DNA of 64,000 nt from Girardia tigrina (taxonomy: Eukaryota): positions 1-64,000 of the forward strand of contig MQRK01247048.1 in the NCBI GenBank assembly GCA_001938485.1, in the 5' to 3' direction. Made by a program: the position numbers and the translations under genes. Positions 49,714-62,791 of this stretch are shown in pieces. The notes beneath the pieces are model-generated. The model saw nothing but the letters and a program-made list of their open reading frames with translations. It ran no database searches and was not told where the DNA came from. Within the stretch, counting starts at the first letter, position 1; every line of letters begins with the position of its first letter.

Positions 49714-51152
49714 ATGACTCAAGAAAGATTGTTTATTTCTTTGAAAATAAGAAGAAATATTGAATTTGAAATCGATGGTGACTGTGACAGAGATATGCTT
49801 TGTGTGATTTGTGAGAATGTATTGATGAACGCTCATTGTGGTCCTTGCGGGTGTCGATATTGCCTAGATTGTGTGAGAGAATATTTGAANNNNNNNNNNN
49901 NNNNNNNNNNNNNNNNNNNNNNNNNNNNNNNNNNNNNNNNNNNNNNNNTGTCCTGGGAATACAGACGAATGCCACGAGGAATTATTGGATATTCATAGAA
50001 ATGTTTGTGTAGATGAACTGATGAATATACAGCTTTCGAGAGTGATTGTGAAATGTCCTCATTTTAATTGTCAGTTCAACGATGAAGCGAGGAGAATTCA
50101 AAGTCACTGGGAAAAATGTGGTTCTTTATCACCGACTTTAATGTTTCAAAATATGAACAATAGCGATTCGAATACATTCAGTGATGTTAAGAGAGACGAA
50201 ATTCTGAGAGAGGTTTTATTACAATCCAAATCAATGCAAGAATCAATGAACGATATGAGAAATGAAATGAATTTGCTGAAGAAAGATGTGAGTCATTTGA
50301 AAAAAGAAAATGTGAATTTGAAAAAGGAAATCGAATCAATGAAGAGAGATAAAATTATTGAAAAAGTAAATATCGATTAATTTTGACAGTCATTGATATC
50401 ATTATTTCAGAAAATTATTGACGACAATCGATCAGAAAATGTGAGAGAAATTCGTGAATTACAAAAGAAACTGGAGGAAGCACAAAATATTCTCAAAGAA
50501 GAACAAGTATCGATTTTAATATTTGAATCATTTTGAATTTTTTGTTCAGATTAAATCATTTCGAAAATATGAAGAAATAGATGGAAAATTAATCGATTTA
50601 AAATCGATATTGACATCAAGAAATAAATCGATCTCGGATTTAGAAAATAACGTCAGATTGATGAAGAATGTCAAAGAAAAATTCGGAGAATTTGTGTGGA
50701 GAATCGATAAATGGAGTCATAAACTAGAACAAGCGCGAGCGGGAATTACTAAATATTTGTATAGTGAAGCATTCTATTCTCACAGAAACGGATATAAAAT
50801 GTGTCTCCGTGTCGATCCTAATGGATATAGTGATGATGAAGGAACTCATTTGAGTGTTTATTTTTGTTTGATGCGAGGAGAATTCGACGATATTTTATCG
50901 TGGCCCTTCAAACATGACGTAACATTTGAGCTGATCAATCAGCACTCGACACAAGCTTACAAGCAACATACAGTGGAATATCAAATTTATCAGGGACATA
51001 CAGCATATCAAAAACCGATAAATGATAGAAATATGCCACTTGGTCGTCCAAAATTTGTCTCATTGAACGAATTATCGAATAATCTCTCATTGATCGATAA
51101 AGATCAAATAATCATCAGATGCAGAGTTAAGATCGGTGCAGATGTGATTTAG
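49714..51152 (+). CDS. TRAF-family protein (RING, coiled coil, MATH), three exons
   Basis: Exons 49714-50365 (spans an N gap), 50411-50506 and 50550-51152; GT-AG introns of 45 and 43 bp, both phase 0; MATH motifs FVWRID, FYSHRNGYKMCLRVDPNG, THLSVYF, WPF. Confidence 0.9.
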
Positions 51153-51228
51153 GTGCGCCTCAAAAGCTCTCTCAATTATCGATTGAAATTTGTGAGTGGA
51201 TGTAAAACGTGTTGTGATAAATAGACAT

Positions 51229-54080
51229 ATAATTTAATCGATTTATTTGTCATTTACTTTCTGATAGAAATAATTTATTCTTTAACGCCAACCAAAAAAT
51301 GAAGATGAGTGAATCAAATACGAATTGTAGATCGATTATATTCGCTAATGAAAATTCTTTTTAATTCTCCATTCACAAATTAATTTCTATAGCTCATTCA
51401 TTTTCATTTGTGTTGCGATATAATTACTAAATTATTTTGTTATTATTATTAAACAATTATCTCTTATAAATCGATTAATTAATTATTTTGCCAATAATTA
51501 TAAATATTTTAGATTTAATTAATTTATTTATACATTAATTATAAATTTATTTTGTAATAAATATTTATAAATAAATATTTATTTATAATAAGTAAATTAT
51601 TTTTTAATTATTTTTATAATTTAATTTATTATTTATTTATTCTTTTAAATATAAATTAGTTAATTGATTATTTAATTATTCAATTTATATTTGAATTAAT
51701 TTGAATTTGTTTTTTTTTAATTTTTCAAATAAATAATTTTATTATTTTCAATTAATTATTTTTTAACATTTCTTTTTATTTTATTTATTTAATTTAATTT
51801 TAATAAAAATTATTTATCATAAATTTATTTATTTGTGTTAGTTTAAATTAATTGAGCTTTATATTTATTTAAATTAATTCTTTTATTATTTATTTTATTT
51901 TTAATTAATTAATTTTGATTTATTTCTAATTATATTTTTATTTATTTATTAGAAATTTGTTTTATATTTATTTTTATTATTTTTAAACATTATTTATAAT
52001 ATAATATCGATTTTAAATTAATTTCCATTTATTTCCTCATATTTTTTAATCGATTTACTCTAAACAAAATATTAAAATGATTCAAATATTAAAATCGATA
52101 CTTGTTCTTCTTTGAGAATATTTTGTGTTTCCTCCAGTTTCTTTTGTAATTCACGAATTTCTTTCACATTTTCTGATCGATTGTCGTCAATAATTTTCTG
52201 AAATAATTATATCAATGACTTTCAAAATTAATCGATATTTACTTTTTCAATAATTTTATCTCTCTTCATTGATTCGATTTCCTTTTTCAAATTCACATTT
52301 TCTTTTTTCAAATGACTCACATCTTTCTTCAGCAAATTCATTTCATTTCTCATATCGTTCATTGATTCTTGCATTGATTTGGATTGTAATAAAACCTCTC
52401 TCAGAATTTCGTCTCTCTTAACATCACTGAATGTATTCGAATCGCCAATGTTCCTATTTTGAAACATTAAAGTCGTTGATAAAGAACCACATTTTTCCAA
52501 GTGACTTTCTATTCTCCTCGCTTCATCTTTGAACTGACAATTAAAATGAGGACATTTCACAATCACTCTCGAAAGCTGTATATTCATCAGTTCATCTACA
52601 CAAACATTTCTATGAATATCCAATAATTNNNNNNNNNNNNNNNNNNNNNNNNNNNNNNNNNNNNNNNNNNNNNNNNNNTATAATTTAATCGATTTATTTG
52701 TCATTTACTTTCTGATAGAAATAATTTATTCTTTAACGCCAACCAAAAAATGAAGATGAGTGAATCAAATACGAATTGTAGATCGATTATATTCGCTAAT
52801 GAAAATTCTTTTTAATTCTCCATTCACAAATTAATTTCTATAGCTCATTCATTTTCATTTGTGTTGCGATATAATTACTAAATTATTTTGTTATTATTAT
52901 TAAACAATTATCTCTTATAAATCGATTAATTAATTATTTTGCCAATAATTATAAATATTTTAGATTTAATTAATTTATTTATACATTAATTATAAATTTA
53001 TTTTGTAATAAATATTTATAAATAAATATTTATTTATAATAAGTAAATTATTTTTTAATTATTTTTATAATTTAATTTATTATTTATTTATTCTTTTAAA
53101 TATAAATTAGTTAATTGATTATTTAATTATTCAATTTATATTTGAATTAATTTGAATTTGTTTTTTTTTAATTTTTCAAATAAATAATTTTATTATTTTC
53201 AATTAATTATTTTTTAACATTTCTTTTTATTTTATTTATTTAATTTAATTTTAATAAAAATTATTTATCATAAATTTATTTATTTGTGTTAGTTTAAATT
53301 AATTGAGCTTTATATTTATTTAAATTAATTCTTTTATTATTTATTTTATTTTTAATTAATTAATTTTGATTTATTTCTAATTATATTTTTATTTATTTAT
53401 TAGAAATTTGTTTTATATTTATTTTTATTATTTTTAAACATTATTTATAATATAATATCGATTTTAAATTAATTTCCATTTATTTCCTCATATTTTTTAA
53501 TCGATTTACTCTAAACAAAATATTAAAATGATTCAAATATTAAAATCGATACTTGTTCTTCTTTGAGAATATTTTGTGTTTCCTCCAGTTTCTTTTGTAA
53601 TTCACGAATTTCTTTCACATTTTCTGATCGATTGTCGTCAATAATTTTCTGAAATAATTATATCAATGACTTTCAAAATTAATCGATATTTACTTTTTCA
53701 ATAATTTTATCTCTCTTCATTGATTCGATTTCCNNNNNNNNNNNNNNNNNNNNNNNNNNNNNNNNNNNNNNNNNNNNNNNNNNNAAATTCATTTCATTTC
53801 TCATATCGTTCATTGATTCTTGCATTGATTTGGATTGTAATAAAACCTCTCTCAGAATTTCGTCTCTCTTAACATCACTGAATGTATTCGAATCGCCAAT
53901 GTTCCTATTTTGAAACATTAAAGTCGTTGATAAAGAACCACATTTTTCCAAGTGACTTTCTATTCTCCTCGCTTCATCTTTGAACTGACAATTAAAATGA
54001 GGACATTTCACAATCACTCTCGAAAGCTGTATATTCATCAGTTCATCTACACAAACATTTCTATGAATATCCAATAATTC
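51229..54080. repeat. ~1451-bp direct duplication bounded by N gaps
   Basis: 51229-52627 is essentially identical to 52680-54080; possibly an assembly artefact. Confidence 0.85.
52007..52627 (-). pseudogene. Partial inverted TRAF copy lacking MATH
   Basis: Near-identical to exons 1-2 of the 49714 gene; exon 3 breaks off after ~55 degenerate bp. Confidence 0.7.
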
Positions 54081-54302
54081 NNNNNNNNNNNNNNNNNNNN
54101 NNNNNNNNNNNNNNNNNNNNNNNNNNNNNNNNNNNNNNNNNNNNNNNNNNNNNNNNNNNNNNNNNNNNNNNNNNNNNNNNNNNNNNNNNNNNNNNNNNNN
54201 NNNNNNNNNNNNNNNNNNNNNNNNNNNNNNNNNNNNNNNNNNNNNNNNNNNNNNNNNNNNNNTTCTTATTTTCAAAGAATTAAACAATCTTTCTTGAGTC
54301 AT
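53458..54302 (-). pseudogene. Inverted TRAF paralogue lacking MATH
   Basis: Starts MTQERLFNSLKIR, shares ~230 bp of upstream sequence with the 49714 gene, same introns, truncated exon 3. Confidence 0.75.
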
Positions 54303-56641
54303 TCGAATTGATTACCTGCCATTAGAGTTGTGTTATATTAAATGAAGTTTCACAAAATTTACAATACATCATATAATATAATGATATAAAATGTTACATG
54401 TTAGTAATAGTGTCTGAAAATAATTACTGAAGAGTTTCAGATTTGTCTGTTCTAATTGTACATAAAATACTAATTATATTTGGAAGATAAATTAAAATTT
54501 ATTTACAGAACAAACGAATTTCTAAATGACACAACATTTCTATTGATATTATATTTCTTCAACAAAAAAATTTTATATATTTAAATGTAAATTATTAATA
54601 ATTATAATTATTTTATAATTATAATTATTATTAATAATAATAAATGTAAATTATCTATATTGATCATTTCCTCATTTATCATTTGATCAATTTGATCTAT
54701 TTCCTTTGGTTTAGAACAAATAACTAAGAAAAAAGATGTTTAAATTGGTGGAAAAATATAAATTTCTCAGTAAAGAAAAAATAAACAAATGATACAAAAA
54801 ATTCATTAACATTTCAGATTTATAATCTTTAAAAATATAATATATATTCAAATTTTTTATAATTATAATTCTTAATTTCAATTAATTATTTTTTTAATAA
54901 TTTATTTTTATATTATTTTTTATTTATTCAAAATTTGTACTTAATTTCTCATTTCTTATTTTTTTTAATCTCATTTATTATTTCTAAATTTATTTAAATT
55001 TTATTTTTTAATTTAATTATAAATTTATTGAAACTACTTTTTGTGATTATTAATTTATTTTAAACAATTTAAATTTAAATTATTCAATTTATTAATTAAT
55101 TATTATTTCTTAATTTATTTATCATTATTTTTTTAAATAATTTATTTTATTATTTTTCCTTAATTAATTTTTAATAATTTTTTATTTATTAATTTCATTT
55201 TAATAAATAATTAATTATCATTAGTTTATTTATTTGTATGCAGTTTTAATTTTTTAACTGTATACAGTTTTTTAATATTTATTTAAATTAATTTTTTTTG
55301 ATTATTTCTAATTAATTAATTTATTTAATTTTATTAAAAATTATGATTACAATTTATAAAATAAATAATTATTTTTTAATTTTTTATTAATAAATTGTTA
55401 TTATTTAAATTATTATTTTTTGACGTATTTTAATTAAATAAATTGATTATTTATTTTTATAATTTTTTATTTTTCAATTTTTTTAAATTTAAATTGATTA
55501 AAATGATTTTTTTAATTATTTAATTAATTTTTTATTATTTTTTAGTTAATTAATTAATAATCGAGTGTGAGTGAAAATTCACAGATTTTCGCCTCTCTTT
55601 CCCTGTCTTAGTTGTAACGGACGAACTTTGAACGATTTACTCGATCGATGCGATCGCCTCTCGCTCGTAAATTCACAGTGTGTCCAATCAAATCGCATTT
55701 GTTCTCTCACAAATTCGTTTTGATCGTTGAATTAGTCCATGAACGAAAGAAATTTAATTTTGTCGCATAGTGATTCAAATGAGCGCTTTGAACAATTTGC
55801 CTAAACAACGATTAAATTTTTATACAATATAATCATGAAATAATTACCGTATTTATCGGCATTAAACCAGCAGGTGATGAAATATTTTACAAAAAAGACA
55901 AAAATTTCATGTGGTGCGTGTTATCTGCCGGTGCGGTTTATACTATAAATTAATATCAAAAAGAAAACTAAACATTTAACAACATCATCAGACAAAAATT
56001 ATCACAATTTGAATCATCTTCATCAAAATTATCTAAGCAATAATCTATCGTTTCAATTTTGTCTTTTTTACTGTCTCAACATGAAATTTCCTATCTTACA
56101 AAATCATTTTATTATTATGGAACATCTCTTCTGCTTTAACAATCCAGTTCCACACTAGAATATATAGCACGTTTTTCTCTCCAATACTTTATCCATTCCT
56201 ACCATTCTTTCTTTACCTTTGTAAGAAGTGGTTGCAACATCAATATCCGAATTCATTTTTTAACACCAAAATTTATTTATATAACAACAATTCACTTATT
56301 TAAACAATTTTTTTCTGTTAATTTAATTATCTCGCCACAAATTAATCTGTGAGGAATATATTTGAATGGTGTTTATTGTGTGTTGTTTGGTATGTTGTTT
56401 TAGGATATTGTTAATCTTTTACCGAATTTAGTTCTTACAGCAAAAACATAATTACTGGGTAAACCCCATTGATCTCTTATTTCAACCTCTCTTTTTTGTT
56501 TTTCCTCTGAATTTACAGTTTCAAGATTTGGATCAACAGGTTTCATTTCTTTAAGTTGTAAGAATGGAGAGTAATTCGGTAATGGTCCAAAACTTGTTAT
56601 ATTGAATGGTGCACCTGAATTTAACATTTCTTGATTCTTCA

Positions 56642-58710
56642 TCATTTGTAGTTGATTCTCGTAATCGCTGCACTCGCTTTTAGATATAGTTGATGGGTTA
56701 AATTACTAATACTTACAGTTTCATTTCCAATTTCGCTTTTTCTTCCATCACTTATTTCACTTGGATCACTGTTAGAACTTTCTGAAACAGATTCAAATTG
56801 TTCTTTTTTATTTCCTTTTTTAAACTTTTTACGACGTTTATTAATTTTCATTTCTGATTTTAATGTATTTATTTCTTTATGATGATGATGAATTATAAAA
56901 AATTTTGCTATCATAGGAATGCATCTAATTATTAATTTCCATGAAAATCCCAAAATTGTATATAATCTATATGTTGATAAAATTTGAGAATTAATAACTT
57001 TGGTTATCGTAAAAATTACATATAATCCGATTAAACCAGCACAAGCTTGACCAAAAAATATAAATTTTCCCCATATTCTTTTCATCGTATTCATAGTGGC
57101 TCTTTGATAATGGTCCACACTCAAAAAATTATCCTAGTTTACTTTTCCTACTCCATAAGGTAAAACTGTATCAATGATTTCATTCATTACTCTTTCTTTT
57201 TTTAGAAGGAAATAAGAAATTTCGTCTTGAATCTTCAATTTCTTCTGGTGAATAAATCCAAATTGTCGACATCTGATCTAAAGACGTGAAATTTATTAAA
57301 TATTCTAATTTTGTTAAATCCAATTTTTCAGTGCCTTTAGCTTCTTTATTATTTGGTAATGAAATCCACATTTCTGGTGTTAATCGATATAAAGGTGCTG
57401 TTATCTCATTAGATCGTAATTTTCTAGGTCTTGTTCCGTTTTCTACTAGAATTCGTGTTATAGGTTCTACAAATCTTAGTTCACCTTTATAACTAACTGA
57501 AAGTTCGTTGTACACACATTATGTTTTATTATTTGAACTGATATTTCTTTACATTTATAACTATACAATTCTTCACCCATAATTCGTCCAAATACACCTT
57601 TTCAGTGACTAATATTGGAGTGACTAGATTAGGATTTGTTATTACTAAAGCGATTCGATTTTATAATATTGTTCTATTCAATTTACAATCATTTAATATA
57701 ACCTCACGATATAAATCTTCCACCGTTGATCGATGAAAATGAAATGCAAAATCTATTTTATTGCTCAAATAATGAAATAATTTTATATTAGCATTATGTA
57801 CAACTGTAGCATCAGATATCTTTTCTTGAGAAATATATAGACCCTTGTAATTTGTTGAATACATTGGTTTTCCACAACGATTTCCTTTTTCTCTTCGAAT
57901 AAATCTCATTCCATCTGCAGTAAGACTTGACATTAAAACTGTTGCTAAATTCTTTTTTTGAACTGGTACTGCTTTTCGAGCTTGATGCTTCTTCGGTTTT
58001 AATATATCTGGTCTTTCTTGTATATGAATGCCTTGAGCTTCAATAAATTCTACTGATTTAAGAAATGCCAAATTACAATCTTTATATTTAACTGAGTATA
58101 ATAATACAGATTCTCCTGTGTGACAGCTTGTAGTTCGATCATTACAAAATGGATGAGACTGTAATTTCCCTGTAACATCATAAAAAATTCCTTCAAATTC
58201 TCTCAATTCTGTCTGATATTCCTCTGATATCATAATTTCATCTACTATTTTATTTCCCAATTTTACAGATTCTCCTTTGCATTCTCCATCCGGATCCATT
58301 ACTCCTTTTCGAAATACAGATTCTCTTGTAATATATCCAACTTTGGCAGTTAAAGTTAAAGTGGAATCAATTTTTAATTGTTTACTTTGAAATGCTGCTT
58401 CACAATTTTCTGGTAAGATATCAACTGGTCTTGGTATAGCATCTATTTTAATAAGAGAAGAGTGACTCCATCTTCCACAATGAAAAACATAAGTTGCACG
58501 TTTGACTAAACACTATCGTACTTTTGCTCTTCCAAATCCTGATTCTTGATACAAATGATATAAAACATTTTTCTCTTCTTTAATTTGAAATGGATAAGCT
58601 TCAGCACATTCCATGACATCCATTAATGAATATATTTTGCCCACTTCTGTTTGTGAACAATCATACGCTACTAAAGACATCGTTGGAGATACACATAAGA
58701 ATAAAATCAA
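56642..58710 (-). pseudogene. Env-like class III fusion glycoprotein, chuvirus G / herpes gB-like
   Basis: Signal peptide then LVAYDC, HCGRWSHSS, DGECKG, LFHYLSNK, LYREVILNDCKLNRTIL, GEELYSYKC, YNELSVSYKGELRFVEPITRIL, IYS.EEIE.....LFP and TM WGKFIFFGQACAGLIGL; collinear with recalled chuviral G motifs; several stops and frameshifts. Confidence 0.85.
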
Positions 58711-58719
58711 TATTCATGA

Positions 58720-61300
58720 TTACCACCACATTCTCGAATTATATTTAGATTTTTTACTATCGTTAATTTTGTTATCTTTCAAAGATTCATCTTTTATTAC
58801 TTTATTTCGACACTTTTTACTTCTTTTTGACACACTTTTACTTATTAAATTAACATTTATATCTACATCTGGAATATTTTGATACTGCAACATATTTTCT
58901 TCCTTTTTTATTTCAACCTTTTTTAAATCATCAGTAAATTCATTAAAATCATTAGTATCGTAACATTCTTCAATATAATAAACTGTTATATTATTAATTT
59001 CTTTTTCCAAACATCCATAATCATATAGATAATTTTCGTCTTGTAATTCCAAATCCAAAAGAAATAAAAGTAATATTCCTTCAATTTTAAACATTTCTTT
59101 GACTTTTTGTCTTAAAGTTTTTACTTTAATTGTCTAAATTTCAGCAGTATTTATTATACCTTTTCCTGGAACTTCTATTGCTAGAAATAATCTTTGAATA
59201 TCTTTATTTTTCTGTCTACTATATTGTCCAAATTTTATCAAAATTTCTTGTATTTCTTTTTTAAACATCGTTTCTTGTTGTAATTTATATATTAATGCTG
59301 ATCTAAGATTATTTATTACACTATCATTAATGTTTAACGTTTCTATTTCTTTAATTATATTTTTTAACTTTTCTTCATTAACTTCATTTTTTAATCGAAA
59401 TGCTAAATCTTTAATATAATTTTCAGATATATTCATTTTATAATCATTATTTTTAACATTATCATTTCAACAGTATTAACGTTATTTGGTAATATTACAT
59501 AATCCACTAAATAATCTTCTAATTCTAATTCAAAACATTTAAAATTCATAATAAATTTATCATTTCCAATCTTTTGCACAAGCATTTCCTTCAAATGTTT
59601 AACTTTTTTAAAATGATCAAATTGAATTACTGTAAATTCTTGTCCATTGAGTTATAAAAATCTGAAGACTATCCGTCATAGGTATTTTTCTAAATTGTTC
59701 TCCTAAAAATTTCAAAAATGATTTCATTTCACAATTCATTGTCATATTATCATCCAAATAATTTACTAACAACTTTATAAAATGTTCAGTTTTATCATTT
59801 TGTAAATTTAATTCAATAATTTCTTTAATATTTTTACGCATTTTACCATTTAAATCTTTATTCATTTTCATTTCATTTATTAATCTATTCATATATATTC
59901 TCGATTTATCTAACTTAACATCATCAATTTTATCAGCAACACTTTGAACTTTACATTCAATTTTACTACTATTTTCATTTTGTTTCAATTTATTTTTACT
60001 TTTGTCTTTTGATGTTGATAGCATCTGTACACTCGGATCAGTTTATTGATTCTTGCGGACATTCTATCAAATTGTGTTCTTAATTCATTAAAATCTGTTT
60101 TCATAGAATCATTGGAACCTTCATCCTCAGTTGACAAGCAATTTATTTCGGATTAATTATCTTTATATTTAATTTTCTACTTCAAAATTGATGGTGATGG
60201 TATTTGGTATTTGATCTGCATGATCTGACGAAATGACCATATTTTTTACATTTTTCGCACTGTATTTGACCTTCACTATTAAGTTTGACTCTCTGTGGAG
60301 AAGAAGTTAAAGATCTATTTCTAGTCATATCTGTTCTACATACATTGGCTAGATGACCTTTTTTCCCACATTTATAACATGTTTTAATAGATTTATTTCG
60401 ATTATCATTTGTATTATTTTTGAACCAACATTGACTATAGACATGACCAATTTTGTTACAGTTATAACATTGAGGTTTTCTTGTATAATTATTTGACTCT
60501 CTAGTGTCGTTAAATCTCATTGATCTTGAAATATTCGGACATCTCGAATAATTTGGACTTTGAATATTGTTATTTCTACCACCGAAATATTGATTTTGTC
60601 TTGGATTTTCATTTTGTGGTCTGTATCTTTGCATTTTTGGAGATGCATAACTTTGAAAATCTTCATCCGTATCGCTGTTGTTTGAACATGTCTTCGGTTT
60701 AGGTCTTTCAATCGGTTTTAATTTAGTTACACATACTGGTCGAATAGGAGCTGCAGTAGTATTCATTTCTATTTTCATAGCCTTTTTTTACCAGATCATC
60801 ATAATTTGTATAGTCAACAAAACAAAGTGCTGTTCTTATATTATTTTGAACTCCAGCCCAAAACTGATCTTCAACTATCTTTTCAGTTTGTTCTGTCCAA
60901 TTTCTCTTTTCTCCAAACGCTTTTTCCGCAAGTGTGGATAAATGAAAAGCGAATTCACCAACTGATTCCTCCGCATTTTGAATTCGAGAATAAAACTTTT
61001 TCCGTATGATTCTACCAACATCGCCACTTATTAATTTTTCAGCCATTAAATCTTTCATATTTGCCAAAGTTTCAACTCCATTTCTATCAATTTGATTAAA
61101 AATTTCTCAAGCTGCACCTTTTAAATATAACGGTAATCTTTAAATCATTATTCTTTCGACCCATCCATACGCTGTAGCAAACATACAATATTCTGTCATA
61201 AAATCTACAAATTCAACGGGATCTCCCCCATACTGATTTACAGGTAACTTTTGACAACTCGCAAAATCTATAGTATTCTCTCTATTTTCTGCCATCGTTT
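58720..61300 (-). pseudogene. Ty3/Gypsy-type Gag with three CCHC knuckles and a long unknown C-terminal extension
   Basis: YGGDP.EF..F...Y......YGW, LPLYLKGAA, RIQNAEESVGEFAFHL; three CX2CX4HX4C motifs; ~480 codons of Lys/Asn-rich sequence lead to env. Confidence 0.8.
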
Positions 61301-61373
61301 CTTTTTTAACTTTTCTACGATTTCTCAAAGGATAATTAGACGTTTTGATACTTTTTCCGAAATTTTAATATTA

Positions 61374-62791
61374 TGTGCTGAAGCTTATCCATTTCAAATT
61401 AAAGAAGAGAAAAATGTTTTATATCATTTGTATCAAGAATCAGGATTTGGAAGAGCAAAAGTACGATAGTGTTTAGTCAAACGTGCAACTTATGTTTTTC
61501 ATTGTGGAAGATGGAGTCACTCTTCTCTTATTAAAATAGATGCTATACCAAGACCAGTTGATATCTTACCAGAAAATTGTGAAGCAGCATTTCAAAGCAG
61601 ATTCGAAATTTCCTCTAAAAATCAAATCAAATTGTGGTTGGAAAAGTTTCTCTCGTACTGACAATAAAGTGTAAAGGCCAAATAAAGTGTGAAAAATGTA
61701 AAATATATGGTCATGTTGCCAGATCATGTAGATCAAATACGCAAATACCATCACCATCAATTTTGAAGAAGAAAATTAAATTCAAAGATAATCAATCCGA
61801 TATAAACTGCTTGTCATCTGAGGATGAAGGTTCCAATGATTCTATGAAAACAGATTTTAATGAATTAAGAACACAATTTGATAGAATGTCCACAAGAATT
61901 AATAAAACTGATCTAAGTGTACAAATTCTATCAACATCGAAAGATAAAAATAAAAATAAATTTAAACAAAATGAAAATAATAGTAAAATTGAAAGTAAAG
62001 TTCAAAGTGTTTCTGATAAAATTGATGATGTTAAGTTAGATAAATCGATAATATATATGAATAGATTAATAAATGAAATGGAAATGAATAAAGATTTAAA
62101 TGGTAAAATACGTAAAAATATTAAAAAAATTATTGAATTAAATTTACAAAATGATAAAACTGAACATGTTATAAAGTTCGTAGTAAATTATTTAGATGAT
62201 AATACGACGATGAATTGTATAATGAAAACATTTTTGAAATTTTTAGGAGAAAAATTTAGAAAAATACCTATGACAGATAATCTTCAGATTTTTATAACTC
62301 TTAATGAACAAGAATTAACAGTAATTCAAATTGATCATCTTAAAAAAGTTAAACATTTGAAGGAAATGCTTGTGCAAAAGATTGGAAATGATAAATTTAT
62401 TATGAATTTTAAATGTTTTAGAATTAGAGGACTATTTAGTGGATTATGGAATATTACCAAATAACATTAATACTGTTGATATTATAATGTTAGAAAATAA
62501 TGATAACAAAATGAATTTATCTGAACATTATATTAAAGATTTGGCATTACGAATAAAAAATGAAGTTAATGAAGAGAAGTTAAAGAATATAATTAAAGAA
62601 ATAGAAACGTTAAACATTAATGATAGTATAATAAATAATCTTAGATCGGTATTATTATATAAATTACAACAAGAAACGATGTTTAAAAAAGAAATATAAG
62701 AAATTTTGATAAAATTTGTACAATATAGTAGACAGAAAAATAAAGATATTCAAAGATTATTTCTTACAATAGAAGTTCCAGGAAAAGGTAT
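61374..62791 (+). repeat. Rearranged inverted copy of gag-env element parts
   Basis: 61374-61597 is the reverse complement of 58385-58608 (apparently identical); ~61670-62791 is a diverged reverse complement of ~59155-60270. Confidence 0.9.

Noticed and set aside
51229-54080. A third real TRAF copy
   Set aside because: The duplicate looks identical even in low-complexity DNA and is bounded by gaps, so it is likely a scaffolding artefact.
54560-55560. Extremely AT-rich tract
   Set aside because: Low complexity with no discernible period or structure.
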